Of a stretch of DNA of 64,000 bases, positions 51,005-64,000 are shown in pieces. Numbering within the stretch: position 1 is the first letter of the stretch; each line of letters begins with the position of its first letter. Origin of the DNA: Mobula hypostoma (Eukaryota); contig NC_086108.1 in assembly GCF_963921235.1 (NCBI RefSeq), positions 46,130,001 to 46,194,000 on the forward strand, in the 5' to 3' direction. Made by a program: the position numbers and the translations under genes. Below the pieces are notes generated by a model that saw only the letters and a list, made by a program, of their open reading frames with translations, did not search any database and was not told the DNA's origin.

Positions 51005-53266
51005 GCACCAACCCTCTTGTCAATCTACTATACTGCAATCCTGAACTTCAGCTCCCCCAAGCTTGCATGTGGAGCGAAGTCACTCGATAAGATGAACAGG
51101 AACTGTTCACCCTTTATCATCTGCACTCGAAAACCAAGATCACTCCATCCTCAGTCATTGAACTAGAATACGCAGGTGATGGTTGTGTATTTATACAGAG
51201 GGCAAACTTCAAGATGTTGTAAATTCCTCTACCAAAGCACCTGACAGGATGGGCCTTACAATAAGCACACGAGACACAATGCAAAACAGCATCCCTACAA
51301 TCGAGCTCCATAACCAAACCCTGAAGAATGTGGATCACTTCCCACTTTTCAGGAAGTGCTGCTCAGTGACGGCAAACATCAATAACTAATAAGCTTCATC
51401 ATTACTTCCTACTGACCAAGGAAAAGTATTTAAATAGCATGATCACAAACCTAACCTCAAGCTCATGGAGAAAGGAGAGCAGTGATCTCCCTCTTCCCAG
51501 GTACTCTGTGAAGATGGAAAGCCTACAGTAGAAAGTAGAAGTACCAATAATGCTACCATCACAAAATCAAAATCAATTGTCAGGATAGGTGAACCAACTT
51601 TAGCGCTCTTTCCCAGACCAGCATCCTGACATTTGAGGCCTTGGTCACATCTCACAGCTTTGGTGGATGTGCAGATTACTCACATGCCTATCAGCAGAGT
51701 CCCCCAAAGAAGTTTCATTTGTTGGAGCCTCACAGGACGAGGTCTCCAGGATGACAAAAACTACTTCAAATGTTCTCAAAGATTCTGTAAAATGAAAAAG
51801 TTACATCCGCACGAATTCACAAAAAATCCCAACATTCAAAATTGAGGTACATGCAGGAAGGTACAGAGCACCCTGCGTCACTACAATGGGAACATATTGA
51901 CTAGAACATAGAATACTACAGCATGTCCGGGCCTTTCGGCCCATGATGTTATGCTGACCTTATAACCTATTCTAAGATCAATCTATCCTTCCCCCTCCCA
52001 CATAGTCCTCCATTTTCTAACATCCATGTGCCTATTTAAATTTCCTTGATGTATCTGCCTCTACAAACAGCCCTTCGGCATGTTCCAAACACTCACCACT
52101 CCGTGTGAAAAACCTACCTCTGACATCACCCTATACTTTCCTCCAATCACCTTAAAATTATGCCTGCTCGTATTAGCCTTTACACCCTGGGGTTAAAAAA
52201 ACCCTGGCTGTCTACTTGATCTATGCCTCTTACCATCTTGTACACCTCTACCAAGTCACTTCTGATCCTCTATCATTCCAAAGAGAAAGCCTAGTTCACT
52301 CAACCTTTCTTCATAAGACATGCTCTCAAATACAGGCAGCATCCTGGTGCGCATTTCATCTGTCGCATCTCTAAAGCTTCCACATCCTTCCTACAATGAG
52401 ATGAACAAATCTGCACACCATACTCCAAGTGTGATGTAACCAGAGTTTAATAGAGCTGTAAAATTATCTTGATCTCAATCCCCTGACTAATGACAGCCAA
52501 CACACCATACGCCTTCTTAACTACCCTATCAACTTGTGTAGCAACTTTGAGAAAGTTACTGGCATGGATCCTAATATTCCTCCATTCCTTCACACTCCTA
52601 AGAACCCTACATTAACCCTGTACTCTGTGTTCAAGTTATGATTTTCCAAAGTGTATCACTTCACACTTCTCCAACTTGAAATCCATCTGCCACTTCTCAG
52701 CTCAGCTCTGCATCCAGTCAGTGTCGTGTTGTAACTTGTGACAACCTTCTACACTATCCACAACACTACCAACCTTCATGTCACCTGCAAACTTACCAAC
52801 CCATCCTTCCACTCATCCAAGTCAGTTATATATTAAATAAGAACACAGAAAGCAGGAGTCCCTGAACAGTTCCCTGCAGAACACCACCAGTCACCAAACT
52901 CCAGGCAGAATATGTTCCATCTACAACCACCCTCTGCCTTCTATGGGCAAGCCAATTCTAAATCCACACAGCCAAGTTTCCTTGGATCCTAAATCTCTGG
53001 ACTTCTGACTGAAATCCATATACACCACATCCACCACCCTACCTTCATCAATTTGTTTTGTCACTTCCTCAAAGATTGCAATCAGGCTTGTGAGGCAGGA
53101 CCTGCCCTTCACGAAGTCATGCTGAGCAAAGGGAACAAGCCATTCACCTGCCAGCCAGGCCAGCATTCAAACGCCTTGTGGCAGAGTCTGCAAACCAGTG
53201 TGGGACTCATCAGTCACCACAAATCTGGAGTGGAAGCAAACCACCTTAACCGAGGACTGTCTAAGA
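51005..53266 (+). mobile_element. Degraded RTE (BovB-like) LINE split by a CR1 (RTE parts ~51005-51900 and 53126-53266)
   Basis: SKTKITPSSVIELEYAGD, RMGLTIS and LKNVDHFP. After the CR1: CGRVCK..VGLISH..GVEA, the RTE C-terminus. Confidence 0.7.
51902..53125 (-). mobile_element. 5'-truncated CR1 nested in RTE
   Basis: QHDFVKGRSCLTSL...VDVVYMDFS, with tail tagaacatagaa on plus. Confidence 0.9.
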
Positions 53267-55769
53267 TTTCCAGCATCTTGTTTTTTCATCCATCACATTA
53301 AATCACTTTAAAAGCAAGACTCTTGTCCTAATTTATGGGCAACATTATGTTGCTCTTTTGAAACAAAGTCCATCATCAGTTTGTAGAGTTCATACTTTAA
53401 ACTAGAGAACAAGTACCAGATTCACATTGTCAGAATCCAAACTTAAAATCTTACCTTTGTTATGGTGAAGTTTGTACAAACAAATATTCACATGGACAGT
53501 GATACAGACACCATGCGAGATGTAGTGCGAGTCTTACAATGCTGGAATTTGTATTGAAGTGCAGTATTTAACTACATGTCAACACTAATTGTTGAAAGTA
53601 ATTTACATTCAGCCAAACAACACAAAATATACCATTTGTATCTAATGCAGACTGACTTAATTGTCTGGTTACTCTCATTTCACTATGTACTAGTGGTGCA
53701 TATTTAGGCTTGATCCAAAACAACCATGGAATTAGTTGCCTACTATTCAAAAAATATCCCCCATAGGTACATCTCTTTGCAGGGTTGCTTCATGTAACTG
53801 TGAACAAATTCTGCTTCAAGACAACTGGATTGGTCATTAATTCGACTTCAGAGTCACTGGCCTCTGCTTCAAACAGGCAAATTGTGAGAATTTGTTTAAA
53901 CAACTTATTCATAAGTTGCAGTAACAATTACATGGGCTAATATTATTTACTAACTGTTACTGCAATGTTCAGTACCATATTTTACTCATGTATGAAATAC
54001 TTAAAGAAATCTATCCTTTCTCAACGGTTGAAAAGCATTAAGTGCATCACCCAAGCTGCAGACATGTTTCAAGTTTCGACAATAAGCTTGACCAAAATCA
54101 CTACTATTTAAATGTGATGAATAATTTAAAGACCCCCACACCCATACGAAGCAGCAAGTTGCCTTACCTTCAAAAGTTCCAGTATTTATTTCCTACACTA
54201 GAGAAGTCAGTTATGTGAAAACTCAAGTAAAATGTTCTTAATCTAAACAGTATAGTTTCAATTATTCTACTGATGCAATCAGGAGGTTGGATGCCTCTCC
54301 ATAAGGGTCTGTTCATGTACGCCAAAGTCAACAGGATAAGTCTGGTTAGTTTGCAGCTATTTGTCCATGAAAAAAATGTCTTAAGAACACACCCCCAGTG
54401 AACACAGACACTGCTTGCCAGTTTTAGCATTCATCACAGATCATTTACTCCTTAACTATTACGATACCAGGCATTGTTCAATGATATTGATTAACAGCAC
54501 ACTCTTCCTTCAGCTCTTTACCAAAGAATCAAGTTAGATTTAACTTCTTGCAATGCACTTGCATTTAACTTACTAACTGTAAAATGAAACAGCATTCCTT
54601 GAGGGTTTGTCTACACATTATGAAAACCAAATGTGGGTTTAAGACCTAAAGGAACGAGTGCTGTTTCAAAGACAAGTTCAAGTATTCTTCGCTGTTCAAA
54701 ACAAGTTCACCAAATCGAAGCCAAGTTTAGCTTTATTGTACAAAGTGGAAAGCTTTGAACTCAACTGGTTACATTGACCTTGACAGCGCTCCTAGGGTAA
54801 ATAAAAGATAAAATTTAATAATGAGCATTAGCAAGTAATGATATTAAACATAAAGTGATTATCATAATCCAACAGTGCTTGGAATCATGCCAACTGTATT
54901 CTGACTAGTGATTAATTGTTTGATTTATGGACAGAGCAAGAAGATTTGTTTTGATTCAGTGCTTTTCACGTGCCTTTCAGCATGCCCTGTGGCTCTTTGT
55001 TTTCAATGGAGTGTCTCTAAAATTGTGTCAAAGTTATGATGTGACAAATGTGATGAGCTATTTGCAGATAGTAAGCTCCCATAAACAACATTTTATAGAA
55101 TAGGACACCCAGTTGAGTTTCTACATGGGCACAATTCTTGTTCATAAGTCTTTCTATTTTCACAATATTGAACATGCTCTTTTGTCAACAATTTTCAGCT
55201 TAACTTCTGTTGCAGTTACTTCCCACACAACTTTCTTTTACTAGCTGTCACTTTGTCGTTGCACATTATGGCTGATTTTTCTGACTCTTATCAACCAAGG
55301 AACTTCAGTTCAAGGCATTTCGCAATAACACCTTTGAAAACTCTTATCTCAAACTTTATTTCCCATTCTTTCCAGAAAAATGCTAATTTGGCTGAGATAC
55401 GATTCATATTACCTACTGCACTCTACAGCGAAGACAAGCTACCAATGCACACAGCAAAAATGAGACAAGGTAGTTTCCCTGCCCATGTGTTTCACATTCT
55501 CCCGTGGCTGTTTCTTTATTAATGCAACAGTAAGGGAAACATTCAAGTTTCAGAAGACATTTGTGGACAGAAACTTCTCAATACGGAAGAATGGTGTTGT
55601 CCTGGGATGAGGCATTGAAGGAAACTTCCAAGTAGTTCCAGACTCCAATCTGCTTTAGTTGGCATATCATTAATGAGGTGGCCTAATTGAATTGCTGCCT
55701 TATAGTGATCCCATGATATTAAATCAGTAATGATAATAGGAAGTGGTCAGAATCTCTGCTGTATTGAAG

Positions 55770-55935
55770 TAGTTGGTCACCATCTGGCATTTGGGTGGCA
55801 GGAATGTTGTCGGACAGTTACCAGCCCCTGCCTGGATGTAGTCTTGGTCCTACAGCATGCTCACTTTCTGAGCAGTTATCAGCTGAGCATTCTGCAATCA
55901 TTAGTGATCATCCCCACTTTTGACCTTCTAATAGA
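55770..55935 (-). mobile_element. Ancient CR1-clade RT fragment
   Basis: tgcaatcattagtgatcatccccacttttgaccttcta reads IRRSKVGMITNDC on minus, a decayed IRSEVGMFADDC. Confidence 0.5.
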
Positions 55936-58039
55936 ATAAGAACAGGACTGAAATTAAGGAAAGCTTTTAAACATACGGCAGGACATAATTAACCGAGGCT
56001 CACTGAGGCAGAGTGATTAAGTAATTGTGATTGTTATAGGAGACTTGAAAGACAAGCTTGTATCCTGAAATTAACACGTATCTGAAGTCACTGGAACCCT
56101 TGCAAAACACAGAAGGAAAAGCAACGGTGAAAGCTGCAATAGTACTGTCAGCTTAATTGCATGATTATGTGAGCAGTCCTCTTTGTCTTAAAGATGTTCA
56201 GACAATGACAAGGAAAGCACCCAGTAACAATATATATTAAATTGATAATTATTCCTGTTGTTACTACCATGGAAATCAAACTGAAGTGAAGCTAAAGAAG
56301 GAACAGGAGGCGGTTCAGGCATTAAAGCCTACAGCCTGGCAATAAGGAATTTAAATTAACAATCAGGTTTGATGCTTCAATATTAGTGGAAAACATGTTT
56401 GACAAAATGGAAGATATTAACACCTCCCTCACAGTATGGTAAAAACCAAAAAAAACGTAGGAGTCGTTCAGAAGGTCGTTGAAGGGTTATTGGCCTGAAA
56501 TACGACTCTGGTTTTCTCTCCATAAATGCTGAGCATTCCCAGGATTTTCTGATTTTACCAGATTTCGAGCAGCTGGAGGATTTTGTTTACTTTAATTTGC
56601 ATGTAATTGCTGATTTGGTACAAGGCCATAACAAAGGGATCAATGAGGAGCCAAATAGCAGCACTATCTGAGAGGAAGCTCAACTCACTCAAGAAGCTTG
56701 AGCAAACCACCTACTTTGGGGAAGCAGCCTCGTAAGTGTTACCCTGACTATAACGGCGCCATTGTGTGTGTGAAATGCATATGGATTAGCACAATGTGAT
56801 GCAGTTTTAACAAACTGGAACAAAACGTATTAAAGAGCAAGGAGTGTTGGCCGACCATGCCTACTTTCACCTGTTTTATTTTTCACATACAACTTCAGTT
56901 CATTCGGATGAGATTATATTCTCCTGTCTCAATGTGGGTTTCTGGTGCCAACAAGAAGCATGCATTTTGGAGGCACTTTGGTCAACAATTAAGCAGCTGT
57001 TTCCTGCATCTGGCCCCTTCAGAGGGCAGGCAACCAGGAGTGCATCCAGACCAGGCAACAGGCATATAACAGAGAAACTGAATATATCTATTCACCTAAG
57101 AAAAATCTATACAGTACCTATCATGACTTTAGAATGATTCAAAACACTTTACAGCTAATGAAGTTATTAATGTAAGAAACTTTGAAGCCACTTTGCAAAC
57201 AGACCTTGATGAAGATCGAGTAATCTTGAGGCACTGTACTCACATATTCACAGAGCTTTCAGGTGTTCAGGCATTTACCCAAATAGTAAAATCTATCCTC
57301 ATCAGAAGGAAGTTAGCTAGCACTGAACATGGGCATGTGTAAGATTAACCCACATCTGCTCAACGTTTTGCAGGCTACATGTTAATTTAGTGTTCCCCGC
57401 TGTTTTAAATGGAAGCTATGCGCAGCCAACCATAGCCACAGAGTTCATTGGTTGCAGGCAGATCAGCAGGGGCCAAAAATCACAGATGACTGGTGTTACT
57501 TAAAGGTAGCCTGCACTTCTTAAAGGCAAGGTGTTTTTATCCTCGATAAAAAGAGGCGAGATATTTTTTCCTAGACTTTTGAGATTTAGCTGACAATGCA
57601 GTTAGTCTTAGACACAGAAGAAAAGAAATTCTAGTCTTCCTGACTTGTGGACAGCAGACAGAGATAAAGTTGCATTCGAGGTTAGTGTTGGGGCCATCAC
57701 CTAGACATAACATCTCCCATTTTTTTTCAGGAGATGGTGACACACTCTAGGAGGCAGCATGTAAGAACTGAAGAAGGATATTTGCAGGTTTAACCATGAG
57801 GCAGGTGAAAGTATTGCCCTCATGGAGAAGTGTGCTGCCGACAGGGAGGAGACATTGATATGGATTTCTACATTTCCTTCCCTTTTTCATCATGCTTCTC
57901 TCTCACCTTACAAGATACAGTTGGCCAGTTGGTCCAAGCGCATATTTCTCAACTTTATCCATCAACTCCAGTTTTGTCACTTTTGAACTGCAACTTTGTC
58001 AAAGGGGGAAGAAGAGGAAGTTGACAGCAGAGGCTTTAA

Positions 58040-58531
58040 CCAATCATACACATCCATCACAGGTCAAGCTCTTCCACTACTGAGCACATTTACAAGAAGC
58101 GCTGTCAAGGGAAACCAGCATCCATCATCAAGGACCCCTGTCATCGAGGCCACGCTCTCTTCTCACTGCTGCCATCAGGAGTTAAGTACAGGAGCCTCAA
58201 GTCCCACACCACCAGGTTCAGGAACAGTTATTACCCCTCAACCATCAGGTTCTTGAAATAGAGGGGTTAACATCAATCACCTCAACAAATGGAGTTACTA
58301 TTAAGGACTCTACAACTCATTTCATGACATTTATTGCTTATTTGGTTATTGTTTTCCTTGCCTTTTTATATTTGCACCATTTGTTATTGTTTTCTACATT
58401 GGTTGCTTGCTGTCACAGTCATGTGCAGTTGTTGATTGATTCTATTATGTTTTTCTTATTTACCGTGTATGCCTGCAAGAAGATGAATCTCAGGGTAGTA
58501 TATGGTGACATATGTGTACGTTTACTTTTGA
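58040..58531 (+). mobile_element. Rex1 3' fragment
   Basis: ASIIKDPCHRGHALFSLLPSGVKYRSLKSHTTRFRNSYYPSTIRFL plus UTR. Confidence 0.88.
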
Positions 58532-59123
58532 GCTCAGAGGTGGGTGATGCTATCCTTTAGAGGTTAGGATGTTGGGGAGGCCCACACCTGATGAGATACC
58601 AGGGAGAGGTACAGGGTCCAGCTCGTGGGGAGAACTTAGCTCCCAGGCAGGTGAGGTCTCAATAATTCTACAGCAGGAACAGCAGGTCAAAGAAAGCTGC
58701 AAAAGAGTATGCATTGCCTGGGATGGTGGTGGAGGCAAATATTAGAAGGGCAGTCAAGATGCTCGTATATAGGCACATGAATATGCAGGAAATGGAAAGC
58801 TGTAGACTTTGTGTAGGCAGAAGGACATTTCGTTACTAATTTAATTAGTTCTGCACATTGTAGACCAAAGGGCCTGTTCCTGTTCTATGTTCTGTTATTA
58901 ATAGCACAAATTGTTCATGCTCCATGAACTGAGTTTCCAACAAACACTGACATTTACCATTAAGTGCATCTTTTAAAGTAGTCACCAAGATCTTTGATAT
59001 TTTTATATAATTCAAGTCTAAAGCTACTGATATTTCAAACACCATTTCCCTATGACAGTTCAAAAATATTGTGAATATTGTGCAACTGGTAAATGTACAG
59101 GCTGGCTTAGATCAGGAATCCTC

Positions 59124-60630
59124 TATAACCATATAACCATTACAGCACGGAAACAGGCCATATCGGCCCTTCTAGTCCATGCTGAACTCTTACTCTCACA
59201 TAGTCCCACTGACCTGCACTCAGCTCATAACCCTCCATTCCTTTCCTGTCCATATAGCTGTCCAATTTAACTTTAAATGACAACATCGAACCTGCCTCAA
59301 CCTCTTCTGCTGGAAGCTCATTCCACACAGCTACCACTCTCTGAGTAAAGAAGTTCCCCCTCATGTTACCCCTAAACTTTTGCCCCTTAACTCTCAACTC
59401 ATGCCCTCTTGTTTGAATCTCCCCCACTCTCAATGGAAAAAGCCTATCCACGTCAACTCTATCTATCCCCCTCATAATTTTAAACACCTCTATCAAGTCC
59501 CCCCTCAACCTTCTACACTCCAAAGAATAAAGACCCAACTTGTTCAACCTTTCTCTGTAACTCAGGTGATGAAACCCAGGTAACATTTTAGTAAATCTTC
59601 TCTGTACTCTGTCTATTTTGTTGACATCTTTCCTATAATTCGGTGAGCAAAACTGTACACAATACTCTAAATTTGGCCTCACCAATGCCTTGTACAATTT
59701 CAGCATTACATCCCAACTCCTATACTCAATTGTCTGATTTATAAAGGCCAGCATACTGAAAACTTTCTTCACCACCCTATCCACATGAGGTTCCACCTTC
59801 AGGGAACTATGCACCATTATTCCTAGATCCCTCTGTTCTACTGCATTCTTCAATGCCCTACCATTTACCATGTATGTCCTATTTTGATTAATCCTACCAA
59901 AATGTAGCACCTCACATTTATTAGCATTAAACTCCATCTGCCATCTTTCAGCCCACTCTTCTAACTCGCCTAAATCTCTCTGCAAGCTTTGAAACCTACT
60001 TCATTATCCACAATTCCACCTATCTTGGTATCATCTGCATACTTCCTCATCCAATTTACCACCCCATCATCCAGATCATTAATGTATATGACAAACAACA
60101 TTGGACCCAGCACAGATCCCTGAGGCACACCACTAGTCGCCGGCCTCCAATCTGACAAAAAGTTATCCACCACCACTCTCTGGTTCTCCTATCCAGCTAC
60201 TGCTGAATCCATTTTACTACTTCAATATTAATACCTAACGATTGAACCTTCTGAACCAACCTTCCATGTGGGACCTTATCAAAGGCCTTACTGAAGTCCA
60301 CATAGACAACATCCACCACTTTACCCTCGTCAACTTTCCTAGTAACCTCTTCAAAACATTCAATAAGATCTGTCAAACATGACCTTCCACGCACAAATCC
60401 ATGTTGACTGTTCCTAATCAGACCCTGTCTATCCAGATAATTATATATACCATCTCTAAGAATACTTTCCATTAATTTACCCACAACTGACGTCAAACTC
60501 ACAGGCTGATAATTGCTAGGTTTACTCTTTGAACCCTTTTTAAACAATGGAACCACATGAGCAATACGCCAATCCTCCAGCACCATCCCTGTTTCTAATG
60601 ACATTTGAAATATTTCTGTCAGAGCCCCTG
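59124..60630 (-). mobile_element. Relatively young 5'-truncated CR1
   Basis: ORFs 60197-60604, 59970-60176 and 59140-59985: DFSKAFDKVPH, GVPQGSVLGP, KYADDT, VRPNLEYCVQF. (ATATGGTT)n tail. Confidence 0.96.
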
Positions 60631-61944
60631 TGCACCACTATGATTGGTGAGTTTAGCTATGTTTTTGTCTAAAATTTGCACACAGGATTTGGCTGGTGCT
60701 GACAAGACCAGTATGGTCAGGGGGCTCCACTCCTAAACTGCTGAGGCCCGAGTGGTGCAGGTACCCGTAGGACTGATGGATAGGGCGTCCTAGGAATTCG
60801 ATGCAAAGACAAATAAAGAGCAATATATTTTAAGTCTATTCAATAAAGAGATCTTGATCAGTCAGTAGGAACAGTCACCTAGTTTCAGCATGTTCCTAAG
60901 AGTTTGTGATGTATAAAGAAGGACTCTTGAAGGTCCCCTGGGTGATGCTATGATGGGGCAGTGTGCTAGTGGAGAGGGAGTAAATCTTGCCTTATTTTCC
61001 ACTTTTGATCATTATTGATGGCAGAACTAAAGAAAAGAATATATGAGGCCAAGAACTTTCATTGTAGAGTGAAAATACGCAACAGTAATCTGTAGTCCTT
61101 CCATAAATGTATCTTCAAATTAACTTAAATAATTTTGGTTGTGATCGTAAGACAAGAAATGACTTAGTGATGAATTTTTAAGGGCACTCACTAATGCTGT
61201 TAGTTCCAGGAACAGAGACAGAACACATTTCACAAATTTCAGATGCACTGAAAGGCATTTCTGATGAAGTCACCCTGACAAGGTGCTACAGATCAGGCTG
61301 TGCAGTGTACATCTCCTCACAGAACCACCAAAATGCATTTGACTGCTTTTGAACCAGTTTGGATCCAGAGATAGTCATCCGGCTTTGAAAAAAATATGCT
61401 ACATTCTGAAAAAAACAGCAAGTTTTCTTTCGAACAACAAAGCTCATCTATAATTGATAGGCGGATTCATGAAAACTTGATCTGATGTGGCTAAACATAG
61501 AACGAAAGACTTCCTATCTGAATTTGATGACTCCATATGGGTTCCATTGACTGGCCTGGACTTTCCTTACGTTAGTAAGAACCTGCCCATCAGAATTAGA
61601 GTCAGGTTTATTGTCACTGGCATGTGTTGTGAAATTTGACCACCACTGACCTGCTTCCTCCTGGGGGTTTTGTGGGTGGATTAGAAGGAGCAGTATTATT
61701 GTCTGTGAGCTGTCAGCAAAGGAGAAACAAAAAAACACAGGCTCTTAAATATGAGACATATTGCAGAGAACAGAACATTTCTGAAGGACCTGCAAGAAGA
61801 TTCCCAGATATAGGTATACAAAACTGAGGGGTATAGATAGGGGAAATGCAAGCAGGCTTTTTCCACTGACATTGGGTGAGACAAGAACCAGTTGAACGAG
61901 CGGCCAGCCAAAGTGCAATTTCAATGTCAGCTTTTACAAGACCA

Positions 61945-62420
61945 AGGGGAGATCTGAAAGAGGATTATAGGATTATGGGAGGCATAGATAGAGTAGACAG
62001 ACAGTATCTTTTACCCCAGTGTTGAAATGTATACTACCTGAGTGCATGCATTTAAGGTGAGAGGGGCAAGTTTTTACTCAGAGAGTGGGGGGGTGGGTGC
62101 CTGAAATGTGTTGCCTGGGGTAGTGGCAGAGGCAGACATTTAGATAGGCATTTGAATATGAAGAAAATGGAAGGATATGGACATTGTGTAGGCAGAAGAG
62201 ATTAGTTTAGTTGGCCATTTGATTATTAATGGTTCAGCACAGTATTGCGGGCCAAAGGGCCTGTTTCTGTGCTGAACTGTTCTATGTTTTAAATTTGGAT
62301 AGGTACATGGATGGGAGGAGTTTGGAGACTATGGTCTGGGACTAGGTAGAATAATAGTTCAGCATGGACTAGATGGGCCAAAGGGCCTGTTTCTGTGCTG
62401 TAGTGTTCTATGACTCTATT
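61945..62420 (+). mobile_element. Two tandem CR1 3' ends
   Basis: gggccaaagggcctgtttctgtgctg..tgttctatg occurs twice, near 62250-62290 and 62375-62415. Confidence 0.8.
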
Positions 62421-62639
62421 TAGACATATTGCTGAAGGTTATATAGAAATAAAGACACAAGTTAAAATAAAACATAGTCTACAAATCATGTTTATATGGA
62501 TGGTGTATTGCTTTGCTTTGTTACAGTAAAGTTTCATGGAAATGAGTTGTAACGCTGGGCATGCAGGTGGTGACAGAATGGGAATGTGAACAAGAACTAA
62601 TATGAGAGGCAATGGGAAACTCAGGTCTCTCCATAGACT

Positions 62640-63045
62640 GATGCAGGATCAGCCCTTCATTCTCCATTTGGACACATTGAAGCCTACTGAACTAAATAAC
62701 AAAGGCCACAATTTCTGATAATTCACTTTCCCTGTCAACAGGCCATTCCTGCTGCAAGTCATTCCGACCTGCTACTTGCAACACTTCACACTGCTTTGGC
62801 ACCCCCGAACAGCTCCATTAACACTCATCCCACAGCATTCTTGCCTCAACCATCTGCAGATATTCATCCCTCCCCCTCAACCATCACCGATCACCTTCTT
62901 TACAACTTAAAATTCAGTTGTTTTTCTCTCCATCCCAGTTCTGATTGACCAGTCCTCTTTCCAAAGATGCTGTTTGACTTGCTGAGTGTTTCCAGCAGTT
63001 TCTAGTTTTGTTTCAGATTTCCAGCATCTGCAGTATTTTAGTTTT
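62640..63045 (+). mobile_element. Old PLE 3' end and pseudo-LTR
   Basis: DQPFILHLDTLKPTELN (decayed EQHLIFRLGTLQP.GLN), then gatgctgtttgacttgctgagtgtttccagc...agatttccagcatctgcag. The hammerhead core is mostly deleted. Confidence 0.65.
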
Positions 63046-63545
63046 CATATCCTTACTTCCCCCATTTACTAGCTGCGGCACCAGGAAACCAAGATTCAGA
63101 GCAAGACGCAGATATCCAAAACTAGAGAATAAAACTAATTAAGCACCCCAAAGCAGCTTAATTGTGTCCACTATTATTTGTAGAATTTGGGTGCAGTGCT
63201 CTTTGTGTTCTTGCTGAAGATCTGCTCACACTGTGTTCCTAGTGACACATTACGCTCTTGTATTCAGACTAATTGAGAAATATTATTCTAGTGCTGGGAG
63301 TACAGCACGACCATTAGTGGATAATCCCAGAGTTATTGCAGGGCCAAGAAGTTTTGGTGTCACTCATTTTTCCAACTCATTGTTTTGGACTCCAGCAGGT
63401 AAAGTCAAAGCAACATATCCCCTTTGGTTGCTTGAATAATAGTCGAGGCACTTGTATGCTATGAAGAAAACTACATACAAATACAATAAATATTACTGAC
63501 ATAGCATGATATATCATTAATAAGTTACCACGAAAAGACAATGTT

Positions 63546-64000
63546 CGAAGTTCAAAGTGAATTTATTATCAGAGTACATACATGTTGCCACATATAACCC
63601 TGAGATTCTTTTCCTGCAGGCACCCTCAGCAAATCTATAAATTAGTAACTATAACTGGATCAATGGAAGCTCAAGTAGTGCCTAGAAGACTACAAATATA
63701 AATAGATATAAATAATTAACAAGAGCATGAAATAACAAGATAAAATGTCCTTCAAATGAGATCATTGGTGGTGGGAACACCTCAATAGATGAATGTAGTT
63801 ATCCTCTTTGTTCAAGACCCTGAAAGCTGAGGGGTAGTAACTGTTCCTAAACCTGGTGTTGTGAGTCCTGAGGCTTGTGTACCTTCTACCTGATGGCAGC
63901 AGTGAGAAAAGAGCATGGCCTGGGTGGTGAGGGTCTTTGATGGTTGACGCTGCTTTTCTACAGCAACGTTTCATGTAGATGTACACAATGGTTGGGAGGG
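63546..64000 (-). mobile_element. Rex1 3' fragment (runs off the window)
   Basis: CCRKAASTIKDPHHPGHALFSLLPSGRRYTSLRTHNTRFRNSYYPSAFRVLN. Confidence 0.92.

Noticed and set aside
1..64000. tRNA, rRNA, snRNA or miRNA genes
   Set aside because: No cloverleaf or recognisable mature sequence was found by eye. The let-7-like tgaggtag near 2714 lies in a Rex1 UTR without a hairpin. An Infernal/tRNAscan search would be needed to exclude them fully.

Overview
This window is eukaryotic, repeat-dominated, intronic or intergenic DNA. The repeat mix (CR1, HE1-type V-SINE, Rex1/Babar, fish-type L1, Penelope-like elements) points to a cartilaginous fish, probably a ray; this is inference. I could not confidently identify any host protein-coding exon or structural RNA gene, and all long ORFs are transposon-derived. 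Main contents: a full-length ~5.8-kb L1 with an imperfect target-site duplication (TSD) nested in an old Gypsy LTR element, a second 5'-truncated younger L1, many CR1 and Rex1/Babar copies, Tx1, RTE, L2, Tigger and probable Chapaev3 relics, and a 39-bp minisatellite grown out of a Rex1 ORF. The most interesting signal is a dispersed family of short Penelope-derived inserts carrying a minimal hammerhead ribozyme motif. One apparently intact copy is a 119-bp insert with a perfect 18-bp TSD inside an otherwise open L1 ORF2. A second is a Rex1 insertion whose 5' end appears to have copied ~180 bp from 600 bp upstream. Family names come from motif recognition, not database searches, and boundaries of old relics are approximate (tens of bp).
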